This document shows positions 8,359 through 17,785 of a DNA stretch of 64,000 nucleotides, one piece after another; position 1 is the first letter of the stretch; each line of letters opens with the position of its first letter. The position numbers and the translations under genes are program-made. The stretch lies in IMG/VR virus record IMGVR_UViG_3300044784_000011. One strand, given 5' to 3'. The notes beneath the pieces were generated by a model. The model was not told where the DNA came from. It did no database searches and saw only the letters and a list, made by a program, of their open reading frames with translations. The stretch is from a virus.

Positions 8359-8789
8359 GCCGAGACCCGGACGAGCTTTGGGCGCTGGGAGAGGTACGGG
8401 CTCAGAACTCGATGGCGGCTGCGGCGAATCGGCCGGCCATCGTCGTGGAGTGGCTGGACGGCGGCTCCGCGTTCTACTCGCTGGTGAACGGCTCGTGCCA
8501 CGAGGACGAGACGCGGCGACTTCTCATCATCAAGCGCAAGTCTGAGGAGGTCCCTGGTACCCAGCACCACCGGACGGTGATCCCGTTCGAGGTCCTGCGA
8601 GGCTGGGAGGTCTACCCGCGTCTAGGCCCGGTTCCTTTGAAGGAAGACTGGTACCATCGTGGACCTTGCCACGAATGCAGAATATGCAAGTCGAATGGCT
8701 GCTATGTTTACAATCCTCCTGGGCACCCAGATGAGATAGATGAGCATCACTTCTGCGCCCAAGGCTGTAACGGAGAGCCTTGGAAGTGA
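8355..8789 (+). CDS. Hypothetical protein with Cys/His-rich C-terminus
   Basis: TTGA overlap; CHECRICKSNGC...HHFCAQGC. Confidence 0.6.
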   Translation: MSRDPDELWALGEVRAQNSMAAAANRPAIVVEWLDGGSAFYSLVNGSCHEDETRRLLIIKRKSEEVPGTQHHRTVIPFEVLRGWEVYPRLGPVPLKEDWYHRGPCHECRICKSNGCYVYNPPGHPDEIDEHHFCAQGCNGEPWK

Positions 8790-9358
8790 ATGTTTCCAAG
8801 GGAACGACCGGGAAGATAAGTGAACTTCTCGTGTCTGCCCACTTGTTAACTATCGGTTGGGAAGTTTTCCAACCGGTCAGTTTCAACTGTAAGTGCGACT
8901 TGGTGATTAATCGTCCTGGAAGTGATTTGTTCTACAGAATCGAGGTAAAGACAAGAGCTTATTTACAACGGGATAAGGATGGTCGCATAACCGAGCCTCC
9001 TGTAAAAAGCACGTATCACATACTCGCCGTTGTAGTCAACAGAGCTGTTTACTATGACCCTGCGCCACCCTGGGATGACGGTCTTCCGTTAAACGTAGGT
9101 CTTCCTCAAGAGCCATATTACAGGTACACAAGATGGAAGAGGTTTGACCCTCCGGAATTTGATTGGGCCGATCCGGGCTTGCCGGGTAAGGTTGTTGATT
9201 TGAAGGTCAGTGGACGTATGACCATTCGAGAGATTGCTAAAGAGTTAGGACTGCCTAATCAGCAGAAGTATTTAAGCAGGCTATCTATGGTATGGAGAGA
9301 ATCTGCAGACAATCTAGGAATCAAGAGAACAAACGGAAGAAACAGCATACCCATATGA
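8786..9358 (+). mobile_element. Free-standing PD-(D/E)XK endonuclease with C-terminal HTH (homing-endonuclease-like)
   Basis: GKISE...CDLVI...RIEVKT catalytic pattern; MTIREIAKELGL HTH; visibly AT-richer than flanks. Confidence 0.7.
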
Positions 9359-12300
9359 GATACGTAAGCCTTCATCACCACTCCACGTTCTCCTTCTGTG
9401 ACGGGTATGACTCGCCGGAGGCTCATGTGGCGCGTGCGGCCGAGCTAGAGATGCCGGCGCTCGCGCTTACCGAGCACGGCAACGTCTCGTCGCACGTCCG
9501 CTTGGAGAAGGCGGCGAAGGCGGCCGGCATTCGTCCGATCTTCGGCGTGGAGGCATACACGGCTGGCCAACTAAAGCAGAAGCTAAAGTGGCACCTAACA
9601 ATTCTTGCAGAGAACGCAGCTGGTTACCGAAACTTGTTGAGTCTGGTATCCCGTGGCTGGGAGCAGTTCTACTTCAAAGAAACCATTCTCAGCAAGGATT
9701 TGAAGGAGTTCGGAGATGGTCTCGTTGTCTTGTCGGGGTGTTCGGGTTCTTTCCTCGCCTCTCTCTTGGTTGGTGGAAAAGGCGTCAAGCGGAACCCTAA
9801 GAGTGCGGAAGCTCATGCCGGGTTCATGCGGGACATATTTGGCGATCGGTATTACCTGGAAGTTCAAGCCTTTCCAGAACTCGATCGCACCAAAGAGATC
9901 AACGGGCATCTGGAACGGATCAGTCGAAAGCTGGGTATCCCTCTCGTGGCGACGGGTGACGTTCACTACCCGAAGCCTGACGACAATGTCATGCAGCGTC
10001 TCCTCCACGGCATCGGCCGAGGAGCTAAGACAGACGAAGGGCAAAGCCAGGACTGGGAGTATGACGTCAAGCTCACCTTCTACGACGACGCCGAGGTCTA
10101 TCGAAGACTGGTCGGCTCCGGTCTTTCAAAATTGGCATCGGAGGAGGCCATTCGGTCAACCATGGAAGTGGCCGAACGTTGCGCAGTAGAACTTCCGAAA
10201 GTCGAGCCGTTCCGCTTCCCTGTCGAGGACTCGAAGACGACCATCTGGGAATGGCTGCGGGAAGGTTGGCGCTACCGGGCGATTGGCCTACGCACCGACG
10301 CGGAGAAGTACGCGGAACGCATTCGGTACGAGATGGAGATCATCGAGGCCAAGGGGTTCATCGACTACTTCCTGCTAATTGCCGACGCGGTTCAGTGGAC
10401 GAAGAACAACGGCTATCCGGTGGGGCCAGCTAGGGGTAGCGTGGCTGCTTCGGTCGTCTCCTACATCTTGCGTATCACAGAAGTCGATCCGGTCGTGTTC
10501 GACATGCTGATGTTCGAGCGGTTCATCGACATCAACCGGAACGACCTCCCAGACATTGACCTCGACTTCGATGACGAGACACGCTGGCGCACCCGCGAAT
10601 ATCTCGTGGGGAAGTACGGAGCCGACAAGGTAGGGAACATTGGAACTTTCACGAAGTTCAAGGGCAAGCTCGCACTATCCCATGTTGGTCGTCTCCACGG
10701 AATCCCCATACCCGAAATCGAGAAGGTCAAAGACTTACTTGTGGAGCGCAGTGGAGGCGACTCTCGCGCCGACTTTGCTCTGGAGGATACGTTCACGCTT
10801 TTCCCGGAGGCGGCGGCGATCCTCGCCAAGTACCCAGACCTCCAGAAAGCGATGCGGCTAGAGGGTAACTACCTCGGCATGAGTACGCACGCAGCCGGGC
10901 TAGTCGTTAGCTCGGAGCCACTGACTGACTACGTGGCAGTGTACCAGCGGAAGGATAGCGAGGGGCGAACTCTCAAGGCTGTGTCGGTAGACAAGTACGA
11001 CGCCGAAGAACTCGGTGTAATGAAGATCGACTTCCTGGGGCTAAAGAACGTCGGGATGCTACGGCTCGCGATGGGAATGCTCGGGATGAAGCTGGACGAC
11101 CTCTATGCGATCCCGTTGGACGACGAGGAGACGCTGGTTGGTTTCCGGGATAATGATGTTGTAGGTATCTTCCAGTTCGATGGGAAGGCGATGCGCTCTG
11201 TCAACGCCGAGGTTAAGCCGGAGAACTTCATGGACCTGGCTGCAGTCAACGCTCTGTCTCGTCCTGGTCCTCTGCATAGTGGTTCTACGTACGAGTATAT
11301 GGATGTTCGTCATGGGCGTCGTCGGCCCAAGGAACTGCATCCTATTATCTCTGGGATTACTTCTTGGACTAGAGGCCAGATCATCTACCAGGAACAGATC
11401 CTCCAGGTACTTCGGGAGGTCGCGAACTTCTCATGGCTGAACGCGAACAAGATCAGGAAGGTAATCAGCAAGCGGCTAGGCGAGTCGAGCTTCAACGAGC
11501 TAATCGGACCTTGGTACGACGGCTGCGATGCGAACGGGATACCACGCGACCGGGCACTAGAGATTTGGAACCGTCTTGTTACTGCTGGGACGTATGCCTT
11601 CAACGTAGCACATGCCGTGAGTTACACTATCTTAGGCTTCTGGACGATGTGGTTGAAGCGTCACCACCCTCAAGTCTTCTACGTGAGTATGCTACACAAG
11701 TTCGACGACAACGAGGAGAAGCGGCGCGAGCTTCTGATTGACGCGACGCGGAAGGGGATCGAGGTCCGTCCTCCCGACCTCCGCGAGTCCGGTCTCAACT
11801 GGGTTGTGGAGGGCACAGGGATTCGAGCTGGCTTCCAGCAGTTGCCGGGTGTGGGCATCTCGAAGGCAGAGAAGATCGTTGCGGCCCAGGACGAGCTACG
11901 GACGTGGCCCGACCTCATCAACGTCAACGGCTTCGGCGTCAAGACGGTTCCGGCTTTGTGTGAGGCACTTGACACTGACGACTTCTTCGGCATCTTCGAG
12001 ATGATGCGGGCGCTCGACCGGGTACGTGCTCGGATCAAGCGCAAGGCGAACCTCCCGCCGGAAGACCCTAGCTCAGTCCCAAGACCTACACACAGAGCGG
12101 TGGATGTCTCGTACGAGGATCGTAGCGAGCGACTGTGTATGGTCCTCCGGGTCAACCAGCGGAACCTCCGTGACGTCTTCGAGGAGTTCCGCGCTAGAGA
12201 AGGTCGGGAGCTTGACCCGGCTGAGGACTATTACAAGGGCAAGATACCGAAGTCGATGCTGCTGTATTGTGAGGACGAGACCGGCCGGCAGGCCGTCAAC

Positions 12301-12600
12301 ATCACGCGGAAGAACTTCGCCAACCCTGAGCTACAGAAACGTCTCTTTAGCTTGCGGATGCGCCACTCGGTGATCCTGGTTCGAGGAATGAAGAAGAAGG
12401 GGTTCAGGCGTACATTGTTCGCCCATCAGATATGGGCGTTTGATCCCGACGACGATGGAGGAGGATCGACACGACCGTCCTACATGAATGCGGATTCCTC
12501 TCCCCAGACTTCGGTGTCCCGGTCTGGGAATGGAACGGCCGTACAGTTACGGGAAAATGTAGTTGTTGGATTCGAGGAGCGGTGGCACGCGGTGAGGTGA
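9355..12600 (+). CDS. dnaE: DNA polymerase III alpha subunit (DnaE-like) with PHP domain
   Basis: SLHHHS..DG, TEHGN, GVEAY, GDVHY (PHP); GPARGS, PDIDLD, KIDFLG; AFNVAHA; ATGA overlap. Confidence 0.95.
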   Translation: MRYVSLHHHSTFSFCDGYDSPEAHVARAAELEMPALALTEHGNVSSHVRLEKAAKAAGIRPIFGVEAYTAGQLKQKLKWHLTILAENAAGYRNLLSLVSRGWEQFYFKETILSKDLKEFGDGLVVLSGCSGSFLASLLVGGKGVKRNPKSAEAHAGFMRDIFGDRYYLEVQAFPELDRTKEINGHLERISRKLGIPLVATGDVHYPKPDDNVMQRLLHGIGRGAKTDEGQSQDWEYDVKLTFYDDAEVYRRLVGSGLSKLASEEAIRSTMEVAERCAVELPKVEPFRFPVEDSKTTIWEWLREGWRYRAIGLRTDAEKYAERIRYEMEIIEAKGFIDYFLLIADAVQWTKNNGYPVGPARGSVAASVVSYILRITEVDPVVFDMLMFERFIDINRNDLPDIDLDFDDETRWRTREYLVGKYGADKVGNIGTFTKFKGKLALSHVGRLHGIPIPEIEKVKDLLVERSGGDSRADFALEDTFTLFPEAAAILAKYPDLQKAMRLEGNYLGMSTHAAGLVVSSEPLTDYVAVYQRKDSEGRTLKAVSVDKYDAEELGVMKIDFLGLKNVGMLRLAMGMLGMKLDDLYAIPLDDEETLVGFRDNDVVGIFQFDGKAMRSVNAEVKPENFMDLAAVNALSRPGPLHSGSTYEYMDVRHGRRRPKELHPIISGITSWTRGQIIYQEQILQVLREVANFSWLNANKIRKVISKRLGESSFNELIGPWYDGCDANGIPRDRALEIWNRLVTAGTYAFNVAHAVSYTILGFWTMWLKRHHPQVFYVSMLHKFDDNEEKRRELLIDATRKGIEVRPPDLRESGLNWVVEGTGIRAGFQQLPGVGISKAEKIVAAQDELRTWPDLINVNGFGVKTVPALCEALDTDDFFGIFEMMRALDRVRARIKRKANLPPEDPSSVPRPTHRAVDVSYEDRSERLCMVLRVNQRNLRDVFEEFRAREGRELDPAEDYYKGKIPKSMLLYCEDETGRQAVNITRKNFANPELQKRLFSLRMRHSVILVRGMKKKGFRRTLFAHQIWAFDPDDDGGGSTRPSYMNADSSPQTSVSRSGNGTAVQLRENVVVGFEERWHAVR

Positions 12601-12764
12601 TCGCCTTGCCGTTGCGATTCGACCCAAGTGTCGAGTTGCGACGGTTATTAGACCGGATTCGGGGTGGAGATTTCGCAGGTAGCGATTCGTTATCTGCGCA
12701 GGTAGAGACACCAGAGAGGAGGGTCCTAGACAAACTCTTTACTTTTCTTGCACACATAGGGTAG
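12597..12764 (+). CDS. Short hypothetical protein
   Basis: GTGA overlap with the dnaE stop; overlaps a promoter, so may be spurious. Confidence 0.3.
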   Translation: MIALPLRFDPSVELRRLLDRIRGGDFAGSDSLSAQVETPERRVLDKLFTFLAHIG

Positions 12765-12779
12765 CGTCTTCGGATACGC
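12738..12779 (+). promoter_or_regulatory. SigA-like promoter TTTACT-N18-TAGCGT
   Basis: Matches the 2947-2988 architecture; 15/21 identity over the -10 and downstream region. Confidence 0.5.
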
Positions 12780-12821
12780 GCCTTTAGGTCCCGAGGCGCC
12801 ACGAGGGAAGAGGAGCCCTCA

Positions 12822-13169
12822 ATGACGATTACGAAAGCGTCCAGGTCCCGGACGCCTAGCCGCGACGACCAGCTTGCGGGCATGCCTGACGAGTTCGTTG
12901 ACTGCCGCGCCCACGGCCATTGGTGGAAGGTTCAGAGCCGCTGGGGCGCGAAGGTCGCAGGCAACGAATGGGTCGGGTACTCGACTGAGGTCAAGGTCTG
13001 TAAGCGGAACCCGCGCGACCCTTGTAAGGACACCATCGTCTATGACCCCGACTTCGAGGTCTATTCTCGTGTGTCTTACCGGCCGAAGGGGTACAACATC
13101 ACCGGCCAGGGTCGCGCCAACTACCGTCGAGAGGCGAAGCGCGAGAAGTTGCGGAGGAGTTCCACATGA
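12822..13169 (+). CDS. Hypothetical protein (CRxxGHxW ... C ... C Zn motif)
   Basis: GAGGAG RBS; DCRAHGHWW..VCKRN..C. Confidence 0.75.
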   Translation: MTITKASRSRTPSRDDQLAGMPDEFVDCRAHGHWWKVQSRWGAKVAGNEWVGYSTEVKVCKRNPRDPCKDTIVYDPDFEVYSRVSYRPKGYNITGQGRANYRREAKREKLRRSST

Positions 13170-14461
13170 CCGAGACCATCCCACTCGACACCGGCCAACG
13201 ATTCGCGCTCGACCTCATTGCCGACCGGGTGGAGGAAGGTCACCCAGAGACGATCCTCGCCGGTCTGGCTGGGACGGGCAAGACATACGTGGCCGGGCAG
13301 CTTCCTACCGTCCTCGGCGGTGACGTCGCCTTCTGTGCCTACACAGGGAAGGCAGCGAAGGTTCTTCACCGCAAGCTCAAGGGCCAGGAGACCTCGACCA
13401 TCCACGGTCTCATCTACCTCCCGGCGGAGTACCACTGTGCTCCTTGCCCGGAGACGGTCTGGAATCGGATGAGCGACGAGGAACGCGCGGAGTTCCTATC
13501 TGACAATCCCGACACCGATACCGAGAAGGGACCGCCGTGCCACCGTGTCGGCGTTCCTCACCGGGACCGTTGTGCGGAGTGCGGCATCCGCTTCGAGAAG
13601 CGCGATGTGTTACCGCCTTGGGTCTCGGCCATCGTGGTCGATGAGGCGTCGATGGTCGGTGAGAGCGTGTATGCCGACCTCCTCTCCTTTCAGGTCCCGA
13701 TCGTGTGGGTGGGCGACCACGGCCAGCTACCGCCCGTCAAAGGCGGTATCAACATCATGGGCCGCCGGTTCGACGCAGAGCTAACGACCATCCATCGCCA
13801 GGGAGAAGGCTCCGCCGTCATCGACCTCGCCCACGCTGTCCGCTTGTCGGGGCGTATCCCTCAGGGTGAGGTCGGTGACGGCGTGAGGAAGGTCACCGAC
13901 AACTTCTGGGGATACGAGGTCCGCGAGTTCATTGACGGCGTTGCCTGGGACGCGGAGTTGATGATCCTGTGTGCTACCAACAAGACCCGAGTGGGAATGA
14001 ACATCCTCGCCCGGCGCTCGCGCGGGTTCAATCCTGACGAGCCGCAGACCGGTGACCGCGTCATCTGCTTGAAGAATAACAGAGGCGCTGGGATCGTCAA
14101 CGGGAGTACCGGGACGATTCGTGAGATAGGACCAGCGCGGCGCAAGGACGGAAGCGTGCTCCATGGTGCCCGGTACTACGTCGCGAAGATCGACCTGGAT
14201 GGCGAGCGCACCCCGTACGAAGGTCGGATTCACCGGGACCAGTTCAACGCGGAGCGTCCGCTAGAGACGCGAGACGGCTTCGACCTCTTCGACTACGGCT
14301 ACACCATGACGGTCCACAAGGCGCAAGGCTCAGAGGCGAAGAAGGTTGTGCTACTTGAGGAGTACATCGGGTTCTGGCCCCCGGAGACGCAGAAGCGCTG
14401 GTTGTACACAGCGGTGACGCGCTCCTCCAAGGAACTCCTCGTGGTGAGGAGAGGACGGTGA
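13166..14461 (+). CDS. RecD/Dda-like SF1B helicase
   Basis: GLAGTGKT, VVDEASMV, GDHGQLPPV, HRQ, YTMTVHKAQGSE, LYTAVTR. Confidence 0.9.
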   Translation: MTETIPLDTGQRFALDLIADRVEEGHPETILAGLAGTGKTYVAGQLPTVLGGDVAFCAYTGKAAKVLHRKLKGQETSTIHGLIYLPAEYHCAPCPETVWNRMSDEERAEFLSDNPDTDTEKGPPCHRVGVPHRDRCAECGIRFEKRDVLPPWVSAIVVDEASMVGESVYADLLSFQVPIVWVGDHGQLPPVKGGINIMGRRFDAELTTIHRQGEGSAVIDLAHAVRLSGRIPQGEVGDGVRKVTDNFWGYEVREFIDGVAWDAELMILCATNKTRVGMNILARRSRGFNPDEPQTGDRVICLKNNRGAGIVNGSTGTIREIGPARRKDGSVLHGARYYVAKIDLDGERTPYEGRIHRDQFNAERPLETRDGFDLFDYGYTMTVHKAQGSEAKKVVLLEEYIGFWPPETQKRWLYTAVTRSSKELLVVRRGR

Positions 14462-14667
14462 GCGGGTTCTCTCTGACCGAGAAGGAGAAGCCTCGCGTGC
14501 TTGCGCTTCTCTCTAATCGGCTCCGTCAGTTGGATGAGCAGGCAAGTGCTATCCAAGTCGAGCACCTACGCGACAAGACCAAGCCCGACCACCTACCGGA
14601 CGACGCAGCCGACGAGTACCGGACCCTCCAAGGTCTCTACCACTCACTGACCGGGAGGTTCTGGTAA
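14458..14667 (+). CDS. Hypothetical protein
   Basis: Coupled ORF, high-GC3 codons. Confidence 0.65.
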   Translation: MSGFSLTEKEKPRVLALLSNRLRQLDEQASAIQVEHLRDKTKPDHLPDDAADEYRTLQGLYHSLTGRFW

Positions 14668-14942
14668 TGCTCGCCAACCAACTGACGATGGGCACACGGT
14701 TCTACGTCATCGGCGACGAGGAGCTACGTGTGCTCGCTATGGGTTACAACGCCAACGACAAGGTCAAGGTCTCGGTAGCGGAGAACCCCTGGGGCATCAC
14801 GTCGATCGACTTCGCAGCTGGCGCGACCGTGACTGGCGTCCGCGAGCTAGAGACGATGGAGTGCGACTACTGTTGGGGGAAAGGGTTCCGGCGTAGCGGT
14901 GACCAGAACGTCTGCTCAAGTTGCGGGAGGATAAAGCGATGA
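14667..14942 (+). CDS. Hypothetical protein with C-terminal Zn ribbon
   Basis: CDYC...CSSC; TAATG coupling. Confidence 0.65.
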   Translation: MLANQLTMGTRFYVIGDEELRVLAMGYNANDKVKVSVAENPWGITSIDFAAGATVTGVRELETMECDYCWGKGFRRSGDQNVCSSCGRIKR

Positions 14943-15394
14943 CGGACGAGAGAGGCGTCCCAAAACACGAGATGGTTTCCCTAATCAACTCGTGGTTAGA
15001 ACACGTAAGAGGGATGCGATCAGAAGACGGGTACGTCTATGGTTATCTGAAAGAAATCATCACTGATGAAATGGAGAAGGTAAGCGGCGGTCATGCAGCG
15101 ACGAAGTACATCAGATCAACAGGAGCCATCAAGCCGGTGCCTGGAAGACGATCTGTTTGGGAAGTCTCCGATGAGGTGTTCACCGCTAGGCAACTAACTT
15201 CCGGAAGAAAGCGTGCTCTCGCACAACAAAAGCACAGCGAAGAGAAGAGGTTAGAGAAGTACAAAGATCACACCAACTCCAGTCAGCAGTTGCGAGACTT
15301 GGAGGAACTTCTCAACCTAGCTCTGGTCGACATCGACGACCTACGCAAGAGAGTCATGGGGCTTGAAGCCTTTCTGCCGATGGAGGAGTCATGA
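14939..15394 (+). CDS. Hypothetical protein with C-terminal coiled coil
   Basis: ATGA overlaps at both ends; AT-richer codon usage. Confidence 0.65.
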   Translation: MTDERGVPKHEMVSLINSWLEHVRGMRSEDGYVYGYLKEIITDEMEKVSGGHAATKYIRSTGAIKPVPGRRSVWEVSDEVFTARQLTSGRKRALAQQKHSEEKRLEKYKDHTNSSQQLRDLEELLNLALVDIDDLRKRVMGLEAFLPMEES

Positions 15395-15516
15395 GTTCCA
15401 AATCCAACCCGAGAAACGTGAACGCGCTCCACAAGCAGATCGCGCACGAGGCGAAGGAGCGTACCCGGAAGTACGACGACAAGGGCAAGCGGAAGAAGGG
15501 AACGAAGCGTGGCTGA
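15391..15516 (+). CDS. 41-aa basic microprotein (absent from ORF track)
   Basis: GGAGGAG RBS; MSSKSNPRNV...KGKRKKGTKRG. Confidence 0.55.
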   Translation: MSSKSNPRNVNALHKQIAHEAKERTRKYDDKGKRKKGTKRG

Positions 15517-16465
15517 GACTCCGGTTCGATGGGCCGATCGGGCGATGTACCCGAGCGAGGAGATGCGTAGCTCGCGGCCCAACGTCGCGCTCGTGTCGAT
15601 GAACGCGGACCCGTTGGGAGACCTCGCCTCGATGTGGGGTATGTATGACGGGCACGAGTACCCGGACCTGGAGGCGATCACCGACGAGCAGCGCCTGGAG
15701 GCATTCCAGGAGGTCATGAAGACGCGGCTCAAGGCTCCGCTGGAGTCGATCAAGTTCCACTTCCTGATCAGCGGGGTGACCCGAGCCTTCACTCACCAGA
15801 TCGTCCGTCAGCGTACGGCTGTGTACGCACAGGAGTCGCTGAGGTTCGCGGTGGTGGAGGACTCGTTCGCTAACCGAGTCCAGATTCCGCCGTCGATCCT
15901 CCGCCTATCGGTTCACGACGACCGGTACCAGATGTGGTTGAAGACGTTGTCGGCTATGGAGGAGGGCTACCGGTTCCTGGTCAGCAACGGCATCCCGGCT
16001 GAGGACGCGCGTGGGCTCCTCCCGACCAACATCACGACCCGGCTACACTACATCACCGACCTCCGGAATCTGTTGGAGGTCATGGGGAACCGGCTGTGTA
16101 CCCAGGCCCAGTTCGAGTGGCGAGCCGTCGCCATCGGCATCGCCCAGGCGATTAGTAGCTCGGAGTGCGAGCTATACGGCGACGCCAACGGCCGGGAGAA
16201 CGTCTACATGGCGAAGGAGCTAGCCACGATCTTCCGCCCGGTCTGTTACCTGACTGGGAAGTGCGAGTTCATGGCGAACCTCGATCGGTACTGCGGCATT
16301 CGCGAGCGTGTGGAAGCCAACCACTCGATCAACCGCCCGTCCTCGGAGTGGGACAAGGAAGGAAAGGTCAACTACCCGGACGGGAAGGGGTTCCCCATCA
16401 TGCCGATCCACCCAAGCGAGTGGCTGTCGGACCCGTACGCGGCTGTTGCGAGGCCTGGGACCTAG
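15509..16465 (+). CDS. thyX: ThyX-like flavin-dependent thymidylate synthase (divergent)
   Basis: SGVTRAFTHQIVRQRTAVYAQESLR (RxR-X7-S), AEDARGLLP, LRNLL..RLCTQAQFEWR. Confidence 0.85.
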   Translation: MAETPVRWADRAMYPSEEMRSSRPNVALVSMNADPLGDLASMWGMYDGHEYPDLEAITDEQRLEAFQEVMKTRLKAPLESIKFHFLISGVTRAFTHQIVRQRTAVYAQESLRFAVVEDSFANRVQIPPSILRLSVHDDRYQMWLKTLSAMEEGYRFLVSNGIPAEDARGLLPTNITTRLHYITDLRNLLEVMGNRLCTQAQFEWRAVAIGIAQAISSSECELYGDANGRENVYMAKELATIFRPVCYLTGKCEFMANLDRYCGIRERVEANHSINRPSSEWDKEGKVNYPDGKGFPIMPIHPSEWLSDPYAAVARPGT

Positions 16466-16467
16466 CA

Positions 16468-16698
16468 ATGAGTAGTCGCATCGTTGACGCAGTTTGGGCA
16501 GCGTGCCTGCCGGCTCCGCTTCGCTGTGTCGGGTGTGGGATTGAGATGAAACCGTTCCGGGCGATGGGGCTCCCGGACGGCGCGGTTGCCTGCCGGATCG
16601 ACTGCGGGATGCGGTACTGGCGTTGGGCGCACGAATCGCGCGGGAAGCTAGGACCGTCACAACATTGGCCCCACCGGGCCGGGAAGGTCGAGACATGA
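16468..16698 (+). CDS. Small Cys-rich hypothetical protein
   Basis: CVGC...CRIDC; overlaps the next start. Confidence 0.5.
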   Translation: MSSRIVDAVWAACLPAPLRCVGCGIEMKPFRAMGLPDGAVACRIDCGMRYWRWAHESRGKLGPSQHWPHRAGKVET

Positions 16699-16937
16699 TG
16701 GAAGAGTTGCTGAAGAAGCTCGTGGAAGACCTCGACAAGCAAGGCGTGGGTGCGTTGTTGATCCTCCGGGCGGACGAGGACCGCGACACGCCGTGGTCGG
16801 TGTCGTACGAGTTCGGGAAGGAGGCGGAGGACTCCGACATGGTCGGCGGAGCCGCCTATGGTCTGGGGAAGACGGCCGAAGAGGCCGTCAAGCAGGCAGC
16901 CTCGGAGTGTGGTATTCATGGCGACACTGATCATTGA
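16695..16937 (+). CDS. Hypothetical protein
   Basis: ATGA overlap; codon bias. Confidence 0.65.
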   Translation: MMEELLKKLVEDLDKQGVGALLILRADEDRDTPWSVSYEFGKEAEDSDMVGGAAYGLGKTAEEAVKQAASECGIHGDTDH

Positions 16938-17100
16938 CCTCGGCCGGGACGGGGGCGAAGGTCCGCGCTGGAACTGGCGGCCGGGCCGGTTCCGCTCCCG
17001 CGTCGTTACGCGGTGGTGGTGGGGCGCGTTCGCGGTAGGCGTCCTTCATGTACCGCACAAGGAATACGCGCAGACGAGCTACGACTGGTTGGGAGGATAG
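16918..17100 (+). CDS. Trp-rich small hypothetical protein
   Basis: Fills the gap and abuts the next start. Confidence 0.5.
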   Translation: MATLIIDLGRDGGEGPRWNWRPGRFRSRVVTRWWWGAFAVGVLHVPHKEYAQTSYDWLGG

Positions 17101-17361
17101 ATGGCGGACGAGCTAGTCACCGGGTACGTCGCGGACGTGTACCTTCAGTCAGGCTATCGGGCCGGTTTCTCTGATGACATGGAGGACGCTACGCGGCTCA
17201 CCGCGCTCCACGGTCCTGGAGGTACCTTCATCTGTACGATGGTGGAGTCAGTGATCGCTGGAGACCTGGTCGCTGTGGAGCGTCATGGGATCGGAGCGGT
17301 CGGGCGCAATGCTCGGCCGGACGAGCTAGAGCAACTACGCAAGGCGGGATTGGAGGTCTAG
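17101..17361 (+). CDS. Hypothetical protein
   Basis: GGAGG RBS; codon bias. Confidence 0.65.
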   Translation: MADELVTGYVADVYLQSGYRAGFSDDMEDATRLTALHGPGGTFICTMVESVIAGDLVAVERHGIGAVGRNARPDELEQLRKAGLEV

Positions 17362-17362
17362 C

Positions 17363-17785
17363 GTGGCGCGAGGCAAGGACCCTGGCGGATGGTTGCCGTA
17401 CTCCCTGTCTGAGTGGTACTTCGACCGGACGCAGGGGAGCAAGGCCAGTCATCGCATGGACGTCATCTATGTGGACCGCAACGAGAAGCCCAAGAAGGCC
17501 CGCCGGGCGTTCCTTTCGTTCTTAGGTGGCTCGAAGGCCAAGCGAGTTACAGAGGACCCGATCATGCGTGGCGTCCTCGGAGGCATTCAAGAGGACATCA
17601 TCCGTCGCGACGAGTGGCGCCGGGACCAAGGCGGAGCACAGATTGGGCGAGGAGGATGGGGTCAGGCGTTCCCGGAGGTCGATCCCGGTCCCGGTCCTGG
17701 GTTCCTCGAAACCCCACAGGTGTTCGGCTCTGCGCCAGGCGGGTACTACGACCAGAATGGGATGTGGCATGATGAGGGACGATAA
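17363..17785 (+). CDS. Hypothetical protein with Gly/Pro-rich tail
   Basis: GGAGG RBS; codon bias. Confidence 0.7.
   Translation: MARGKDPGGWLPYSLSEWYFDRTQGSKASHRMDVIYVDRNEKPKKARRAFLSFLGGSKAKRVTEDPIMRGVLGGIQEDIIRRDEWRRDQGGAQIGRGGWGQAFPEVDPGPGPGFLETPQVFGSAPGGYYDQNGMWHDEGR

Noticed and set aside
8786-9358. Endonuclease as part of a group I intron
   Set aside because: It is coupled directly to the flanking genes with no non-coding space for intron core elements, and no split gene is evident.
9355-12600. Intein or intron in DnaE
   Set aside because: Length is ordinary for DnaE, motifs are colinear, and no intein splice or LAGLIDADG motifs are seen.
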